NCBI GenBank assembly: GCA_046160105.1 | Contig: JBJXGT010000009.1 | Location: forward strand, 27,350 to 91,349 | DNA: 64,000 nucleotides | From: Gemmatimonadales bacterium | GTDB taxonomy: Bacteria > Gemmatimonadota > Gemmatimonadetes > Gemmatimonadales > GWC2-71-9 | Reading direction: 5' to 3' | Part shown: in pieces, positions 10,028 through 20,700 of the stretch | How positions within the stretch are numbered: position 1 is the first letter of the stretch | How the letters are laid out: the number at the start of each line of letters is the position of its first letter | Made by a program: the position numbers and the translations under genes | Notes under the pieces: model-generated | Databases searched by the model: none | Seen by the model: only the letters and a program-made list of their open reading frames with translations | What the model was told of the DNA's origin: nothing

Positions 10028-11482
10028 ATGCGCCGCCGCGACCTGCTCACAGCCCTGGGAACCGCTGGAGGTTTCGCGGCCCTGACTGGTCGGCCCAGCT
10101 TGGGAGGGTTCCGGCCCCCTCTTCAGCTCGCCGATCCCGACCTCCACGCCCTCGTCACCGCCGCCATCGTGAAGTTCTCGGTTCCAGGCGCCAGCGTGGC
10201 CGTGTTTCGTGACGGACGGTTGTCGGTCGCCGCGGCCGGCCTCGCCAACGTCGCCACCGGGGTCGAGCTGACCACCGACACCGTGATGCATATCGGCTCG
10301 ATCACCAAGGTCCTCAACACCACCTTGGTGATGCAGCTCGTCGACGAGGGCCGGGTCGATCTGGAGGCCCCCCTGATCAAATACCTGCCCGAGTTCCGGG
10401 TGGCCGATCCCGACGCGACGCGGCGAATCACCGTCAAGATGTTGGTCAACCACACTAGCGGCATCAACGGCGAGCTGACGCCGGAAGCCGGGCACGATCG
10501 CGAGCGGATCGTGGACGCCATCGGGCGGATCGCGGCGATGGACCAACTCCACCCGCCCGGAGCAGACCTCTCGTACTGCAATCCCGGGACGGTGCTGGCG
10601 GGCTATCTCTGCCAACAGCTGCTCGGCAAGAGCTGGTACGACCTCGTCAAGGAGCGGATCTTCAGGCCGCTTGGCATGGACCATTCCATCGTCGTGCCCG
10701 AGGATGCCCTCCTCCACCGGGCCAGCGTGGGACATTTCCTCCCGGCGCCGGGTGGCAAGCCGGTGCGTACCAGCTTCGCGTTCCTGCCCCTCAGCTACGC
10801 GCCGGCGGGGGCCACCGCGATGCTCTCGGCCACCGACCTGGTCACCTTCGCGCGGGCCCATTTGAGCAACGGCGTGGCGCCCAACGGCCATCGGCTTCTG
10901 TCGGAGAAGAGCGCCCGGATGATGCGGACCAAAACCGCGTCCTATCAAGGGCCCGGCTTCGCCGACTTCGGGCTCGGGTGGATGCTCGGGGAAAACGGGA
11001 TGGTCAGTCATGGAGGGGGCGGTCCCGGGATTCTCTCCGGGTTGTACGCCCATCCGGGCTCGAATACCGCGGTCGCGGTGCTCACCAACGCGGCGCACGG
11101 GACCTCAGTGGTCAACGCCGTCGCGTCGCCGGTGCTCGAGGCGACCGCGAAGATCCCACCACTCGGCTCGGCCGCCGCGGCGCTGGTGAAACGGGCGACC
11201 GATGCTCCGGTCGCGCTCGAACCGTACGGGGGGCAGTACGAGAGCGCCGCGACGGTTGTCCGAATCGTGGCGCATGGGACCGGGATCGCGCTGACCTCCC
11301 GGTCGAAGTTCACCGTCTACGATACCACCAGTTTGACGGAGAGCCCGCCGGTACCCCTTCGACCGATCGACCGCGGGCGGTTTGCCTTCGGCTCCGCGCT
11401 GCTCGGGTTCGTAAACCCTGGCCCCGACGGTCGGATGGGTCACCTCGCGATGAGCGGTCGGCTGATCAAGCGCGTCGGGTAG
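10028..11482 (+). CDS. Serine hydrolase, beta-lactamase/PBP4*-family, Tat signal
   Basis: ATG 10028 preceded by GAGGA. Tat motif MRRRDLLTALGTAGGFAAL. Motifs S-x-x-K (GSITK), Y-x-N (SYCNPG) and HGG. Confidence 0.85.
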   Translation: MRRRDLLTALGTAGGFAALTGRPSLGGFRPPLQLADPDLHALVTAAIVKFSVPGASVAVFRDGRLSVAAAGLANVATGVELTTDTVMHIGSITKVLNTTLVMQLVDEGRVDLEAPLIKYLPEFRVADPDATRRITVKMLVNHTSGINGELTPEAGHDRERIVDAIGRIAAMDQLHPPGADLSYCNPGTVLAGYLCQQLLGKSWYDLVKERIFRPLGMDHSIVVPEDALLHRASVGHFLPAPGGKPVRTSFAFLPLSYAPAGATAMLSATDLVTFARAHLSNGVAPNGHRLLSEKSARMMRTKTASYQGPGFADFGLGWMLGENGMVSHGGGGPGILSGLYAHPGSNTAVAVLTNAAHGTSVVNAVASPVLEATAKIPPLGSAAAALVKRATDAPVALEPYGGQYESAATVVRIVAHGTGIALTSRSKFTVYDTTSLTESPPVPLRPIDRGRFAFGSALLGFVNPGPDGRMGHLAMSGRLIKRVG

Positions 11483-11504
11483 CTGGCCGCCGGTCGGCGC
11501 CGGG

Positions 11505-11924
11505 CTACTTGGCGCGGGATTCCTCGACGATTCGCTCCACGATCGTTCGGGCGAACTTCTTGTCCCAGATCACTTCGTCGTGCCGAACCGTGACGGAGAT
11601 GCGGCTCCCCGCACCTTCCGACTTCACCTTGACCGAAACCTCCCGGTCCGGCGTTCGGCCGGTTAGGGTCCGCTCCTCCCGGGCGCCTTCGTGCTCGGTC
11701 GAGTACTTGCCCTCGGCGATGCCCAGGCCGTGAAAGGCCTTCCGGACCGCCTCGTAGGCGGCGTCCACCGGGAGGGCCAGCTGGGAATCCACCTCTCGAT
11801 CGGTGACGTAGACCGCACCCCCGGCACCGGCCCCCGCGGCCGCGATGACACAGGCATTCGAGGTGATCGCGACCGAGGCGAGGAACGTGGTTGGAAGGAG
11901 ACGGTAGTTCGGACGGTTGGCCAT
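11505..11924 (-). CDS. DUF3568-like lipoprotein
   Basis: ATG 11924 preceded by GAGGTG. N-terminus MANRPNYRLLPTTFLASVAITSNAC (lipobox), then ...VYVTDREVDSQLALPVDAAYEAVRKAF...VSVKVKSEGAGSRISV.... Confidence 0.6.
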   Translation of the reverse strand: MANRPNYRLLPTTFLASVAITSNACVIAAAGAGAGGAVYVTDREVDSQLALPVDAAYEAVRKAFHGLGIAEGKYSTEHEGAREERTLTGRTPDREVSVKVKSEGAGSRISVTVRHDEVIWDKKFARTIVERIVEESRAK

Positions 11925-12113
11925 GGGACACCTCAACGTGCTGCGGAAACGACGCTCGAATCGACGCCCAAGGCGCAATGAAAGTTTCGTTCCACTCCAC
12001 CACGATCGCGGCAAGTCGTTGCCGTGGTGAAGGTTATCGGGGAACGAAGCCAATCCTCAGATCCTCGCAGGACAGAAAAGTGTCCTCGAACGAGGACACT
12101 TTTCCGGGCGCCG

Positions 12114-13919
12114 CTAACCGATCAAGTCCTCACCGGCGCCTGGGACGGGCCGGGGGCCAGCCGGTGGCAGGGACACCCCCGGTGTAGTCCCGAACACCGC
12201 CTCTGCTCGCATTTCGCCGTCGATACTCGTCAGCGATTGGCCAAGTTCCTCCTGAGCCTTCCGAAGGGCGTGACGATAGGCCCATCGATACCAGGCGAAC
12301 GCCCCGCCAGCCAGCAAGCCGGCCGTCCCGACGGCCGGCAGCCAGGCGATTGCCGCTCCAAGGCCAAGCGGCCCGAGTGCCGTCGCCGCGCCAACGCCGG
12401 CGCCGACCACACCGCCGCTGGCGGCGATGACCCGGTCGACGAGCCAATTCTTCCGAAGGCCGGCACGGAGGTCGCCTTGGACCATGACCTCGGTTCCGCC
12501 CGTCCCGCCATGGACCGGCCGGATTCGTACCGTCAGCCGGGCGACGTCGATCTGCGTCATCCGGTAGGAGAACATCGAGATACCCCGACCGGCGACCGCT
12601 GTCCCGGCCCTCAACATGGGGACGTCGAAGACCATCACGCCGCCGTCCAGAGGGTGCCCACCAACCGTGTCCATGAGCTTGAGCTCGTAGGGAAACCTCG
12701 AGAAGACCCGCCCGAGGATCTCGAGCACGCGGCGCGGGGCACTCCGAAACACCCGCTGGGCCGTGATGCTCCTGGCCGTCGTTCCGAGCATCGCGGTCCA
12801 GATCCGCTCGTCGCGTTCGTCGGTCGTCGGGATCGGGACGCTCGCGCCGGGGGCTCGCTCGGCGATGGCCACCGAGACGAATTCGGCGCCGATGCCCGCC
12901 TCGGCCGCCGCCGCCTGGATCTCGCTGAGGCGATAGCCCCCGCTCGCCTTGTCGGTTTCCACCGGCAGCGTGGTGGCGTCGGTGCGCCGGCGGATTCGGG
13001 TCGCGGCGTCGATCTGCAATTCCGCCGCGCGTCGCCAGATCGCCCTGGCCTCGGCCTCGTTCACCGAGACCGGATCCTCGGCCGGGGGGCGGTCGGATTC
13101 GAGCGCCCCCGTCAAGGCATCCGCGAGCGCTTCACCGGTGGGATACCGATCATCCGGGTTCTTGGCGAGGCACCGGTCGATGACCGCGGCGATGGCGGGC
13201 GCCACTTCGGGAGCAACCTCCCGAAGTGGTGGGGCCGGCTGGACCGCGTGTTGCACCAAGACTGCCGAGGCCTGGGCCGCGTCGAAGGGGAGCCGTCCGG
13301 CGAGGCATTCGAAGCCGACCACCCCGAGGGCGTAGAGGTCGCTTCGGCCGTCCAGTTCGTGACCGGCGACCTGCTCGGGGCTCATGTAGTGGACCGACCC
13401 GAGCACCCAGCCGTCTTGGGTCAGCCGGCTCGCGTGAAGGTCGCGGGCAATGCCGAAGTCGGTCACGACCACCCGGCCTGTGTGCTTGTCCAGCATCAGG
13501 TTCTCGGGCTTGACGTCGCGGTGGACGACACCGCGGGCATGGGCGTAGGCCAACGCCCAGGCGGCCTCCCGAAGCACCCGAACGGTCTCGGCGGGGCCGA
13601 GCGCGCCGGTCCTGGTCAATCGCTCGGCGAGCGACTCGCCCTCGACGAAGCCCATGACGAAGAAGGCGAAGCCGCTCATTTCGTCGGCCTGGTAGACGGG
13701 GACGATGTTCGGATGGGACAACTGGGCGGCGGTCCGCGCTTCCCGAAGAAACCGGGTTCGGAGCTCGTCGCTTTGGGCCAACTCGCGGGGCAGGACCTTG
13801 ATCGCGACCATTCGATCCAAGCGAACGTCCCGGGCCAGGTGGACGACGCCCATGCCGCCTCGGCCGAGTTCCTTGATCAGCTGGTACTGATTCGCCACCA
13901 AGCGGGCGAAGTCCGTCAT
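12114..13919 (-). CDS. Hanks-type Ser/Thr protein kinase with uncharacterised C-terminal domain and C-terminal TM hairpin
   Basis: Motifs GRGGMGVVHLA, VAIKVL, HRDVKPENLM, DFGIA, SPEQ. About 330 aa of unassigned sequence follow, ending in Gly/Ala-rich TM helices (...VIAASGGVVGAGVGAATALGPLGLGAAIAWLPAVGTAGLLAGGAFAWY). Confidence 0.9.
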   Translation of the reverse strand: MTDFARLVANQYQLIKELGRGGMGVVHLARDVRLDRMVAIKVLPRELAQSDELRTRFLREARTAAQLSHPNIVPVYQADEMSGFAFFVMGFVEGESLAERLTRTGALGPAETVRVLREAAWALAYAHARGVVHRDVKPENLMLDKHTGRVVVTDFGIARDLHASRLTQDGWVLGSVHYMSPEQVAGHELDGRSDLYALGVVGFECLAGRLPFDAAQASAVLVQHAVQPAPPLREVAPEVAPAIAAVIDRCLAKNPDDRYPTGEALADALTGALESDRPPAEDPVSVNEAEARAIWRRAAELQIDAATRIRRRTDATTLPVETDKASGGYRLSEIQAAAAEAGIGAEFVSVAIAERAPGASVPIPTTDERDERIWTAMLGTTARSITAQRVFRSAPRRVLEILGRVFSRFPYELKLMDTVGGHPLDGGVMVFDVPMLRAGTAVAGRGISMFSYRMTQIDVARLTVRIRPVHGGTGGTEVMVQGDLRAGLRKNWLVDRVIAASGGVVGAGVGAATALGPLGLGAAIAWLPAVGTAGLLAGGAFAWYRWAYRHALRKAQEELGQSLTSIDGEMRAEAVFGTTPGVSLPPAGPRPVPGAGEDLIG

Positions 13920-13983
13920 GCCGGGAAGATAGCGGAGGGGTTCCCCGGCGGGGTAACGAATCGGTCGAAGCCGGTGCCCTCGA

Positions 13984-14286
13984 TTAGACCGGGGTCGGGA
14001 CTCGGCCGAGTCCGCGGTCCGCCCGGAGCGGCTCGTCTGACTTGGCCGTCAACAACCGCTCGGCGAAATCGACTCGGGCCTCGAGGTGTTCGATCTGCGC
14101 TCGGGATTCGGTGGCCACGGCGTCGAGGTCGGCTTGGAGGGCCTGGACGGTGGCCTCGAGTTGCTCAACGTCGTGCGACTGGGTCTTGGACCGGTCCCGG
14201 TGGCGGTAGTGGAGCCAGAGCCAGAAGCCGGCGAGGCCGGCGACGGAAACCGCCATCCAGGAATAGGCGACGTACATGTCTTGCAC
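13984..14286 (-). CDS. Small membrane-anchored coiled-coil protein
   Basis: GTG start with GAGG 8 nt upstream. One TM (YSWMAVSVAGLAGFWLWLHY), then heptad-like VEQLEATVQALQADLDAVATESRAQIEHLEARVDFAERLL. Confidence 0.5.
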   Translation of the reverse strand: MQDMYVAYSWMAVSVAGLAGFWLWLHYRHRDRSKTQSHDVEQLEATVQALQADLDAVATESRAQIEHLEARVDFAERLLTAKSDEPLRADRGLGRVPTPV

Positions 14287-14371
14287 GGCGAACGCCTCGA
14301 TTGCGAGTGGTGGGTTCCCGACGGACCGGTCGAGTCGGTTGTTTCATGCCCTGGCCGACTCGATGCCGGCC

Positions 14372-16189
14372 TCAGGTGAGTTCCTGAACCGCCCGCCAGG
14401 CTTGGGTGATGGCTGAATTGGTATCGGCCCGGGCGCCGGCGTCCGAGTTGGCGATGGCGATTCTGCCGAACCGCTGCCGCCCGAGCACCCAGGGTTTCTG
14501 GTCCTCGGAAGGCCACTCGGGTTCCCAGAGGAGCGACGGTGAGTAGGCATACCCGTGGGGCCACCGATTGACGGTGATCGCCCGGACATCCCGGCCGGCA
14601 TCGAACCCGGCGGCCGCCAGCGCCTGGTCGAGCTGGTCGCGAACATGGTGTTCGAACACCGAGAAGGGCGTGGCGAGGAGCCGGCGGCGTCCCTCCCGCC
14701 ACTGCTCGGGACCCTTGAGGATGCCGTCGTAGTGGACGTGGCAGAGGTGAAGAACCATCGGATCGTCCGGGGTCTGGGACCGGCGATAGCTGCCTAACGA
14801 AACGGGGTAGTCGAGCTCGACCTGCTTGTAGAAGTCCTTGGTATAGTACACAAAATCGATACCGAGGTCGGCGAACGCCCGCCAGTTGGGGACCAGTACC
14901 TTGGTATAGGTCAGGGGGACCTTGACCCCGTAGGCGAGTCCCTTCTTCTGCTGCTCCGGAAGCTCGGGGCACAGGTAGGGGATCGCCATGTTATAGCAAG
15001 CCAAGACCGACTGGCCCGCCCGGACGGTGTGGGGGCCGTCCATCCCGACATAGGTGATATCGACCGCCCGCTGATCGGCCGTGTGGCGGACTTGGACGAC
15101 GGTGCTGTTGAGGCGAATCCGGATTCGATTCCCGGGCCGATCGAGTCGACCGTAGTTGGCCCGGGCGGTGACGACGTCCTCCATGGTGGTGCCGGGCATC
15201 GCCTCGGGGATGAGGGCGCGGACCAAGAGCCGGGCCACCGACGCGTTGCCGTCCGGAAAGTGGAAGATGTAGGGTTCGTCGCCTCGGTGACCGGAGCGCG
15301 TCAGAGTGTCGTCGAGGCCCGGCATGCCCCCGTCGTAGTCGTGGATCAGGGTGCAAGGCACCTCTTCGATGCCCACGCACCAATAGCTGATCCCCCATTT
15401 GCGATAGATCTCGACCACTTGGGGATCGACCTTGCAGTACTCGCTGAGGAACGCCGCGTAGCTGACCCGGGCGAGGATCTCGCGCTTCTGTTCCAGCGTC
15501 TTGCCGGGCAAGTAATCGACCCGCTCGGTCTGGACCCGGATGAAGTCGCGTCGCGCCGGTTCAGTCAGCGGCGCTTGGGCCGCGAACTCGTCCCACGGCC
15601 GTTTCCCGTAGCCGGTCACCAGCTTCCGTTGCCCGAAGCCGCCGGCGTCGAACACGATCGCCTTCGACAGCCCGAGGGACGAGTACAGCTGCTGGTCATA
15701 CGCTTGGTAGAATTTGCCGACGTCGATGCCGATGTCGATCAGGGTTTGCTTCGCGATCGCGCTGTAGGCCGACGGCGTGTCGATCGACTCGGTGCCCCCG
15801 TAGCCGATCCGAACCGTACCGTTGATCGAGAACTCGTTCCGCTTGGCGTGGCCGCCGAAGTCGTCATGGTTGTCGAGCACGAGGATCCGGGCGCCGGGTC
15901 GCTGTTTCCGGTAGAGGTGCGCCGTCGCCAGACCACTGATCCCCCCGCCAACGACCACCAGGTCGTACCGCTCCTCGGGCGACCCGGTTGGCCAGGTCCG
16001 ACCCGCGACCCGGGAATGCATCGTCTCCCAGGAGCCGTCGTGACTGCCCCGGAGGCCCGTCTTCGCGGGTGGGTAGTCGGCGCCTTGGAGCCAGTCGGAG
16101 TCGAGGCGCCGCGCCCACGGCGCCAGCCCGGCCCCGATCGCGAGCGGGGCGCCGTTCAGGAAATCCCGCCGCGTCACGCCGTCAGCCAT
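14372..16189 (-). CDS. Tat-exported FAD-dependent oxidoreductase (amine oxidase / spermidine dehydrogenase SpdH-like)
   Basis: Tat motif TRRDFLNGAPLAIGAG. Rossmann motif YDLVVVGGGISGLATAHLY...VLDNHDDFGGHAKRNEF. The SpdH-like assignment is from memory of that family's N-terminal pattern, not a search. Confidence 0.75.
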   Translation of the reverse strand: MADGVTRRDFLNGAPLAIGAGLAPWARRLDSDWLQGADYPPAKTGLRGSHDGSWETMHSRVAGRTWPTGSPEERYDLVVVGGGISGLATAHLYRKQRPGARILVLDNHDDFGGHAKRNEFSINGTVRIGYGGTESIDTPSAYSAIAKQTLIDIGIDVGKFYQAYDQQLYSSLGLSKAIVFDAGGFGQRKLVTGYGKRPWDEFAAQAPLTEPARRDFIRVQTERVDYLPGKTLEQKREILARVSYAAFLSEYCKVDPQVVEIYRKWGISYWCVGIEEVPCTLIHDYDGGMPGLDDTLTRSGHRGDEPYIFHFPDGNASVARLLVRALIPEAMPGTTMEDVVTARANYGRLDRPGNRIRIRLNSTVVQVRHTADQRAVDITYVGMDGPHTVRAGQSVLACYNMAIPYLCPELPEQQKKGLAYGVKVPLTYTKVLVPNWRAFADLGIDFVYYTKDFYKQVELDYPVSLGSYRRSQTPDDPMVLHLCHVHYDGILKGPEQWREGRRRLLATPFSVFEHHVRDQLDQALAAAGFDAGRDVRAITVNRWPHGYAYSPSLLWEPEWPSEDQKPWVLGRQRFGRIAIANSDAGARADTNSAITQAWRAVQELT

Positions 16190-16227
16190 GGTCCGCGCCT
16201 CGCTGCCGTGAGAGAGGTCCCCCGTAC

Positions 16228-17670
16228 CTACCGAATTCCAACCTGACCCTTCACCGACGCGATCAGCTTCGCCGAATCGTAGCCGATGCCGCCCTTGAAC
16301 ACCGTCACCGCGTTTCGAATCACCGTCGGGTCGGCCGCCAAGTCGCCGCGGAGCACCACCAGATCGGCCAGCCTGCCGGGCTCCACGGTCCCTCGCTCGG
16401 CGAGTTTGCCGAGGATCCGGGCCCCGTTGGCGGTGATGACTTGCACGGCCTCCGGGATCGAGAACTTGGCTTCGACGAGCAACTCGAGGACCCGCTGGTT
16501 GCCGAAACCGGGCAAGGCGCCGAACGCGGGATCGATGCCCGCCCCGAGCACCCCGCCGGCGTTGACGAAGGCCCGCTCGTACTGGAGCGACTTGGGGTAG
16601 ATCTCCCGCATTTTCGGGTAGATCTCGCCGACCGGGGTCGGGAGGTCCAGATTGGCCCGCCGCTTGAGCTCCTGCTCGCCGATCCAGGGGGCCATCGCCT
16701 CGAGGGTCCGCGGGTCAGGCCCGGGCCGGCCCGGGGCGAGCTGCTCGTTGACCCCGGTGGTGGTCATCGGGATGCCCTTCGCGACCATCAGCTTGAACGT
16801 CTCGGCGACCCGCGGGTCGCCGAGGTCGAGGGCCGCGATCGCCGCGAAGTTGCTCGCCGGGCAGCGATCGGGTGCCTTGGCCGGATCGTAGTCGGAGTTG
16901 GTACGGAGTCCGTGCTCGATGTTGTCGATGCCTAACCGCACCGCCTCGGAGAAGCTGATCGAGCAGAGATGGCCGGTGACCTTGAGCCCGTGCTTGTGGG
17001 CCTCGTCGACCACCGCGGAGAAGATCGGCCGGGAGATCTGGGTGTAGACCTTGACCCACTCGGCCCCTTCCTCGGCCCAATGCCGCACCACCCGCCGCGC
17101 CGAGGCCTCGTCCTGCAGTTCGTACATCCCGTCGTAGCGCACCGGTCCGGGGGAGATCAGGTACGGCCCGGTGATGTGGATCCGGGGGCCGGGCACCTCG
17201 CCCCGTTCGATCCCGCTCTTGAGGGTCAGCTCGGTGTAGGGCGCGTTGCTGCCCGTGGTCCGCACCGTGGTGACGCCGCTACCCAGGTAGAGGCGAGGGA
17301 ACGAAAAGTTCGATTGCACGCTGGTCCCGGCCGGCGTGGTATAGAACATGTGATCGTGCATCCCGATCAGGCCGGGAATCACGGTGTGACCGGTGAGATC
17401 GACGGTCCGCGCCCCCGCCGGGATCGTCACCGATCCGGTTGGGCCAACCGCCTGGATCCGGTCGCCGGCGAGGACGATCGTCTGTCCGGACCTGACGGCC
17501 GAGCCGGTGCCGTCGATCAGCCGCGCGTTGGTGAGGGCGATGATCGGGGCGTCATAGGTGACGTACTGCCGGACGTCGGGGGAGAGACTCGCCGCCCGCT
17601 GCGCCTGGGTCGGCGGCGCGAGGAGCGCGGCGGCCAGCACGGTGAGCGCGAGAGAAGGTCGAGAGCGCAT
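16228..17670 (-). CDS. Secreted amidohydrolase-family metallohydrolase
   Basis: Signal MRSRPSLALTVLAAALLAPPTQAQ. Motifs H-x-H (GMHDHMFY) and ...GTVEPGRLADLVVL.... Confidence 0.85.
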   Translation of the reverse strand: MRSRPSLALTVLAAALLAPPTQAQRAASLSPDVRQYVTYDAPIIALTNARLIDGTGSAVRSGQTIVLAGDRIQAVGPTGSVTIPAGARTVDLTGHTVIPGLIGMHDHMFYTTPAGTSVQSNFSFPRLYLGSGVTTVRTTGSNAPYTELTLKSGIERGEVPGPRIHITGPYLISPGPVRYDGMYELQDEASARRVVRHWAEEGAEWVKVYTQISRPIFSAVVDEAHKHGLKVTGHLCSISFSEAVRLGIDNIEHGLRTNSDYDPAKAPDRCPASNFAAIAALDLGDPRVAETFKLMVAKGIPMTTTGVNEQLAPGRPGPDPRTLEAMAPWIGEQELKRRANLDLPTPVGEIYPKMREIYPKSLQYERAFVNAGGVLGAGIDPAFGALPGFGNQRVLELLVEAKFSIPEAVQVITANGARILGKLAERGTVEPGRLADLVVLRGDLAADPTVIRNAVTVFKGGIGYDSAKLIASVKGQVGIR

Positions 17671-17755
17671 GGGGGTCGGCCGGGGAAACGGGATGATGGT
17701 AGGCTACCCGCGCCGACCCGAGAAGGGAAGGCTTCGGCGCGGGCGCCAGGTGTCG

Positions 17756-20700
17756 TTAGGGACGCCGCATGAAATACGGCCTCGGAGCCGGCTTGGGATC
17801 GGGCCAGACCCGGGCCGCGTCGCTGCCGGCGAAGAGAAGTCCCTCCTTCATGACGTAGCGGATCTTCTGCGCGTTGGCGATGTCGACGAGGGGATTGGCG
17901 TCGAGGATCACCAGGTCGGCCAGCTTGCCGACCTCGAGCGAGCCGATCTGGCTCTCGAGCCCGTGGTGGGTCGCCCCCCGGATCGTGGCGATCTCGAGCG
18001 CTTCGGCCGGGGTGAATCCGCCCTTGACGAACAGGTCGAGTTCCCAGTGGGTGTCGAGACCGAACATCTGGCCGTGGGCGCCGACTTGGAGCGAAGTCCC
18101 GTTGGCGAAGAGCTTCTTCATCTCGGCGGCCGCGCGCCACGCCGCCATGTCCTCCGGCCAGAGGTGGGTGGGATTCCGCACCCGCATCAGCTGCTCCGGG
18201 AGGACGAACCGGGTCAGCTTGGAATCCTCCCACAGCTTGCTCCCTTGGTGGTACCAGCCTTCACCCATCTTCCCGTTGTAGACGACCAGGAGCGTCGGGG
18301 TCATCCCCGCGGAGGTTCCGCCCCAGAAACGGACCACGTCGTCGTAGAAGGGGACCAGCCCCATCGAGTGCTCGATCCCGGTGATTCCGTCGCTGATCTG
18401 GCTCAAGTTCATCTGCGGGTCGCCGTTGGACTCCGAGAGGACGTTGAGCCCGAGGATCCGGGCCGCGGTGGCGGTGAGATGGCGTCGTTTGCGAACGTCC
18501 TGGACGTAGTCCTTCACCGCGGTGGCGCCGTGATCCTTGTTCCAGCGGAGTTGCTCCAGGGCATCGTCCAGCGTCTCGACCGGGCGGTACATCCGGAGTC
18601 GGAATCCCTTCCGCTGCCCGAAGATGACCGAGCCGGTGGTGAACAGCCGCGGCCCGGTAATCCGGCCGGCGCGGGTCATGTCAGAGAGCCACCCGTCGCG
18701 GTACTCGTTACCGTAGACCTCGTAGAGGGTGGTCACCCCGTAGGCGAGCGGGCCGCTCAGGTAGGTCGGGTGCTGCTCGATGACGTGGAGCGGGGAGTGC
18801 TCGATGTGGGGATGGGCGTGGGCATCGATCAGCCCCGGAATGATGGTGGTCCCGGCGACGTCGTAGACCTTCGCCCCGGCGGGGACCGAGGTGCCGGTGC
18901 CTAACGCCGAGATCCGGCCGCCATCGATGATGACCGTGGCGTTCTCGAGGACCTCGCGCCGGGCGTTCATCGTCACCACCCGGGCCCCGGTGAGCGCCAC
19001 GACCCCGGGCGAGGCCGCCACCTCGAACTCGAACCGGAGCTCGGAGCGCTCCGCGGTGGAGCCGGGGACCCGGGGTCCGTTCCACTCGCTCGGCGCCGAG
19101 GTTCGGGGGAGGCCCGCCTCCGCCTGGATCCGAGCGACCGCCTTCGAGTAGAACCCCGACCCCCGGGTCCAGTGGACCGTGGCCCCATCTGCCGACCAGG
19201 TCAGGTAGCCGCCGTCCTCGGGATCCACTCGGACGCTGTGCCCCAGCCGATCGATCGCGGAGACGACGGGCGGGGCGCCGACGGCCACGAGCGGGGTGAG
19301 GAAGCTCCGCTGGTACTCGCGATAGGCGATCCAGCGGAGGTCGCTCGACGGAACCGCGGCCACCGCGTGCGGAAACTTGACCAGCGACACTTCGTTGCGT
19401 CCGTCGAGGTCGATCCGCTTGAGGGTGAGGGTGTCGCGCTCGAACTCGGTGAAGTAGAGGGTCTCGCCGCCCGGCCCGAAGGTGACGCTCGGCGGCTGCT
19501 TCCCGGCGATGTTGGCGTACTCGAGCGGCTGTCCCTCGATGCCGGTGACCCGGCGCTCTCGGCCATCGACCCGGATCATCAGATCGAAGCGCGCCTCGTT
19601 GGAGAGCCACAGCCCCCGCTCGACACCGCCGGCCCCCCGCACGTAGGCCAGCCGGGCGCCATCGGCGGACACCGCGATCGCTCCGTACTGCGCTGGCACG
19701 GTGGTCAGCCGCTCGACCGGCCCACCCAGGCGGGCCATCCGGTAGACCGCGCCGAGACTGTCGTCGGTCCAGGCCGCGAAATAGAGGGCTCCGGTCGCCG
19801 GGTCGTAGGCCGGGCTCGTCTCGAGCGCGTCGGAGCGGGTCAGCTGGCGCCGGGCGCCCTTGCCGTCGTCGAGCCAGAGGTCGCCTAACGCCTCCGCCAC
19901 GATCCCCTGGGGGGTCGGGAGGCCGAATCGGTGGACCCGGGTCGTCGTCCGCCTCCGGGCCTCCGCCACCGGAAACCGAATGGTGGTCGACAGTTCTCGG
20001 TCAACGGAGGCGGTGAACGGAATCGGGGTCGTCGCGCCGGTAGCGACGTCCACCGCCAGGATCTTGCCGCCGGTGCCGAGAAACACCCGCCGCCCATCCG
20101 GATGCCAGGCGAGCGACGGGGCCGGTCCGTAGTCCGAGCCAGCCTCCTGGCGGTCGCGGTCGAGGTCGCGAAGGAGGACCCGCTCCCGCCGGGTGGCCAG
20201 GTCGTGATGAATCGCCACCGTCGTCTCGAGGGACCGATTGAGGTAGACCAGCTGCCTTCCGTCGGGGGAAAGCGCCGGCGCGAAGGCGCCGCCAGGTCGC
20301 TCGATCACGGTCTGGGCCTCACCGGTCAGGAGGTCGTAGCGATCGATCCGGGCCCCGCCCATCGGGATGACGTAGGGGTTGAATCCGAAGGGGTAGAGGG
20401 GGCGTTCGTTCCGCTCGTAGTAGACGCCGGTGCCGGTCGGCTCCGCGACGGGGGCGGCGATGGCGCCGCCCCGGACCAGCTGGTGACGACCGCCGGCGAG
20501 GTTATAGGCCACCAAGAGTCCGGGAATCCCGTCACCCGACGCTCCCGCGTAGATCGTTCGCCCGTCCGGGGACCAGGCGGGTCGATACACGTTCTCGGTC
20601 GGCGCGGCCGGCAGATGGTGGAGATTGCCGCCGTCGCGATCCATCACCCAGGACGCGAACTGGCCAGACCGATCTGACGAGAAGGCGATCGAGCGTCCGT

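Noticed and set aside
9320-11098. 592-aa minus-strand ORF opposite the serine hydrolase
   Set aside because: Arg/Gly/Pro-rich shadow frame. The + strand frame has a Tat signal, S-x-x-K and Y-x-N motifs and an RBS.
12024-14387. 787-aa + strand ORF opposite the Ser/Thr kinase
   Set aside because: Shadow frame of a gene with all Hanks kinase motifs. Composition is dominated by R/G/P/D.
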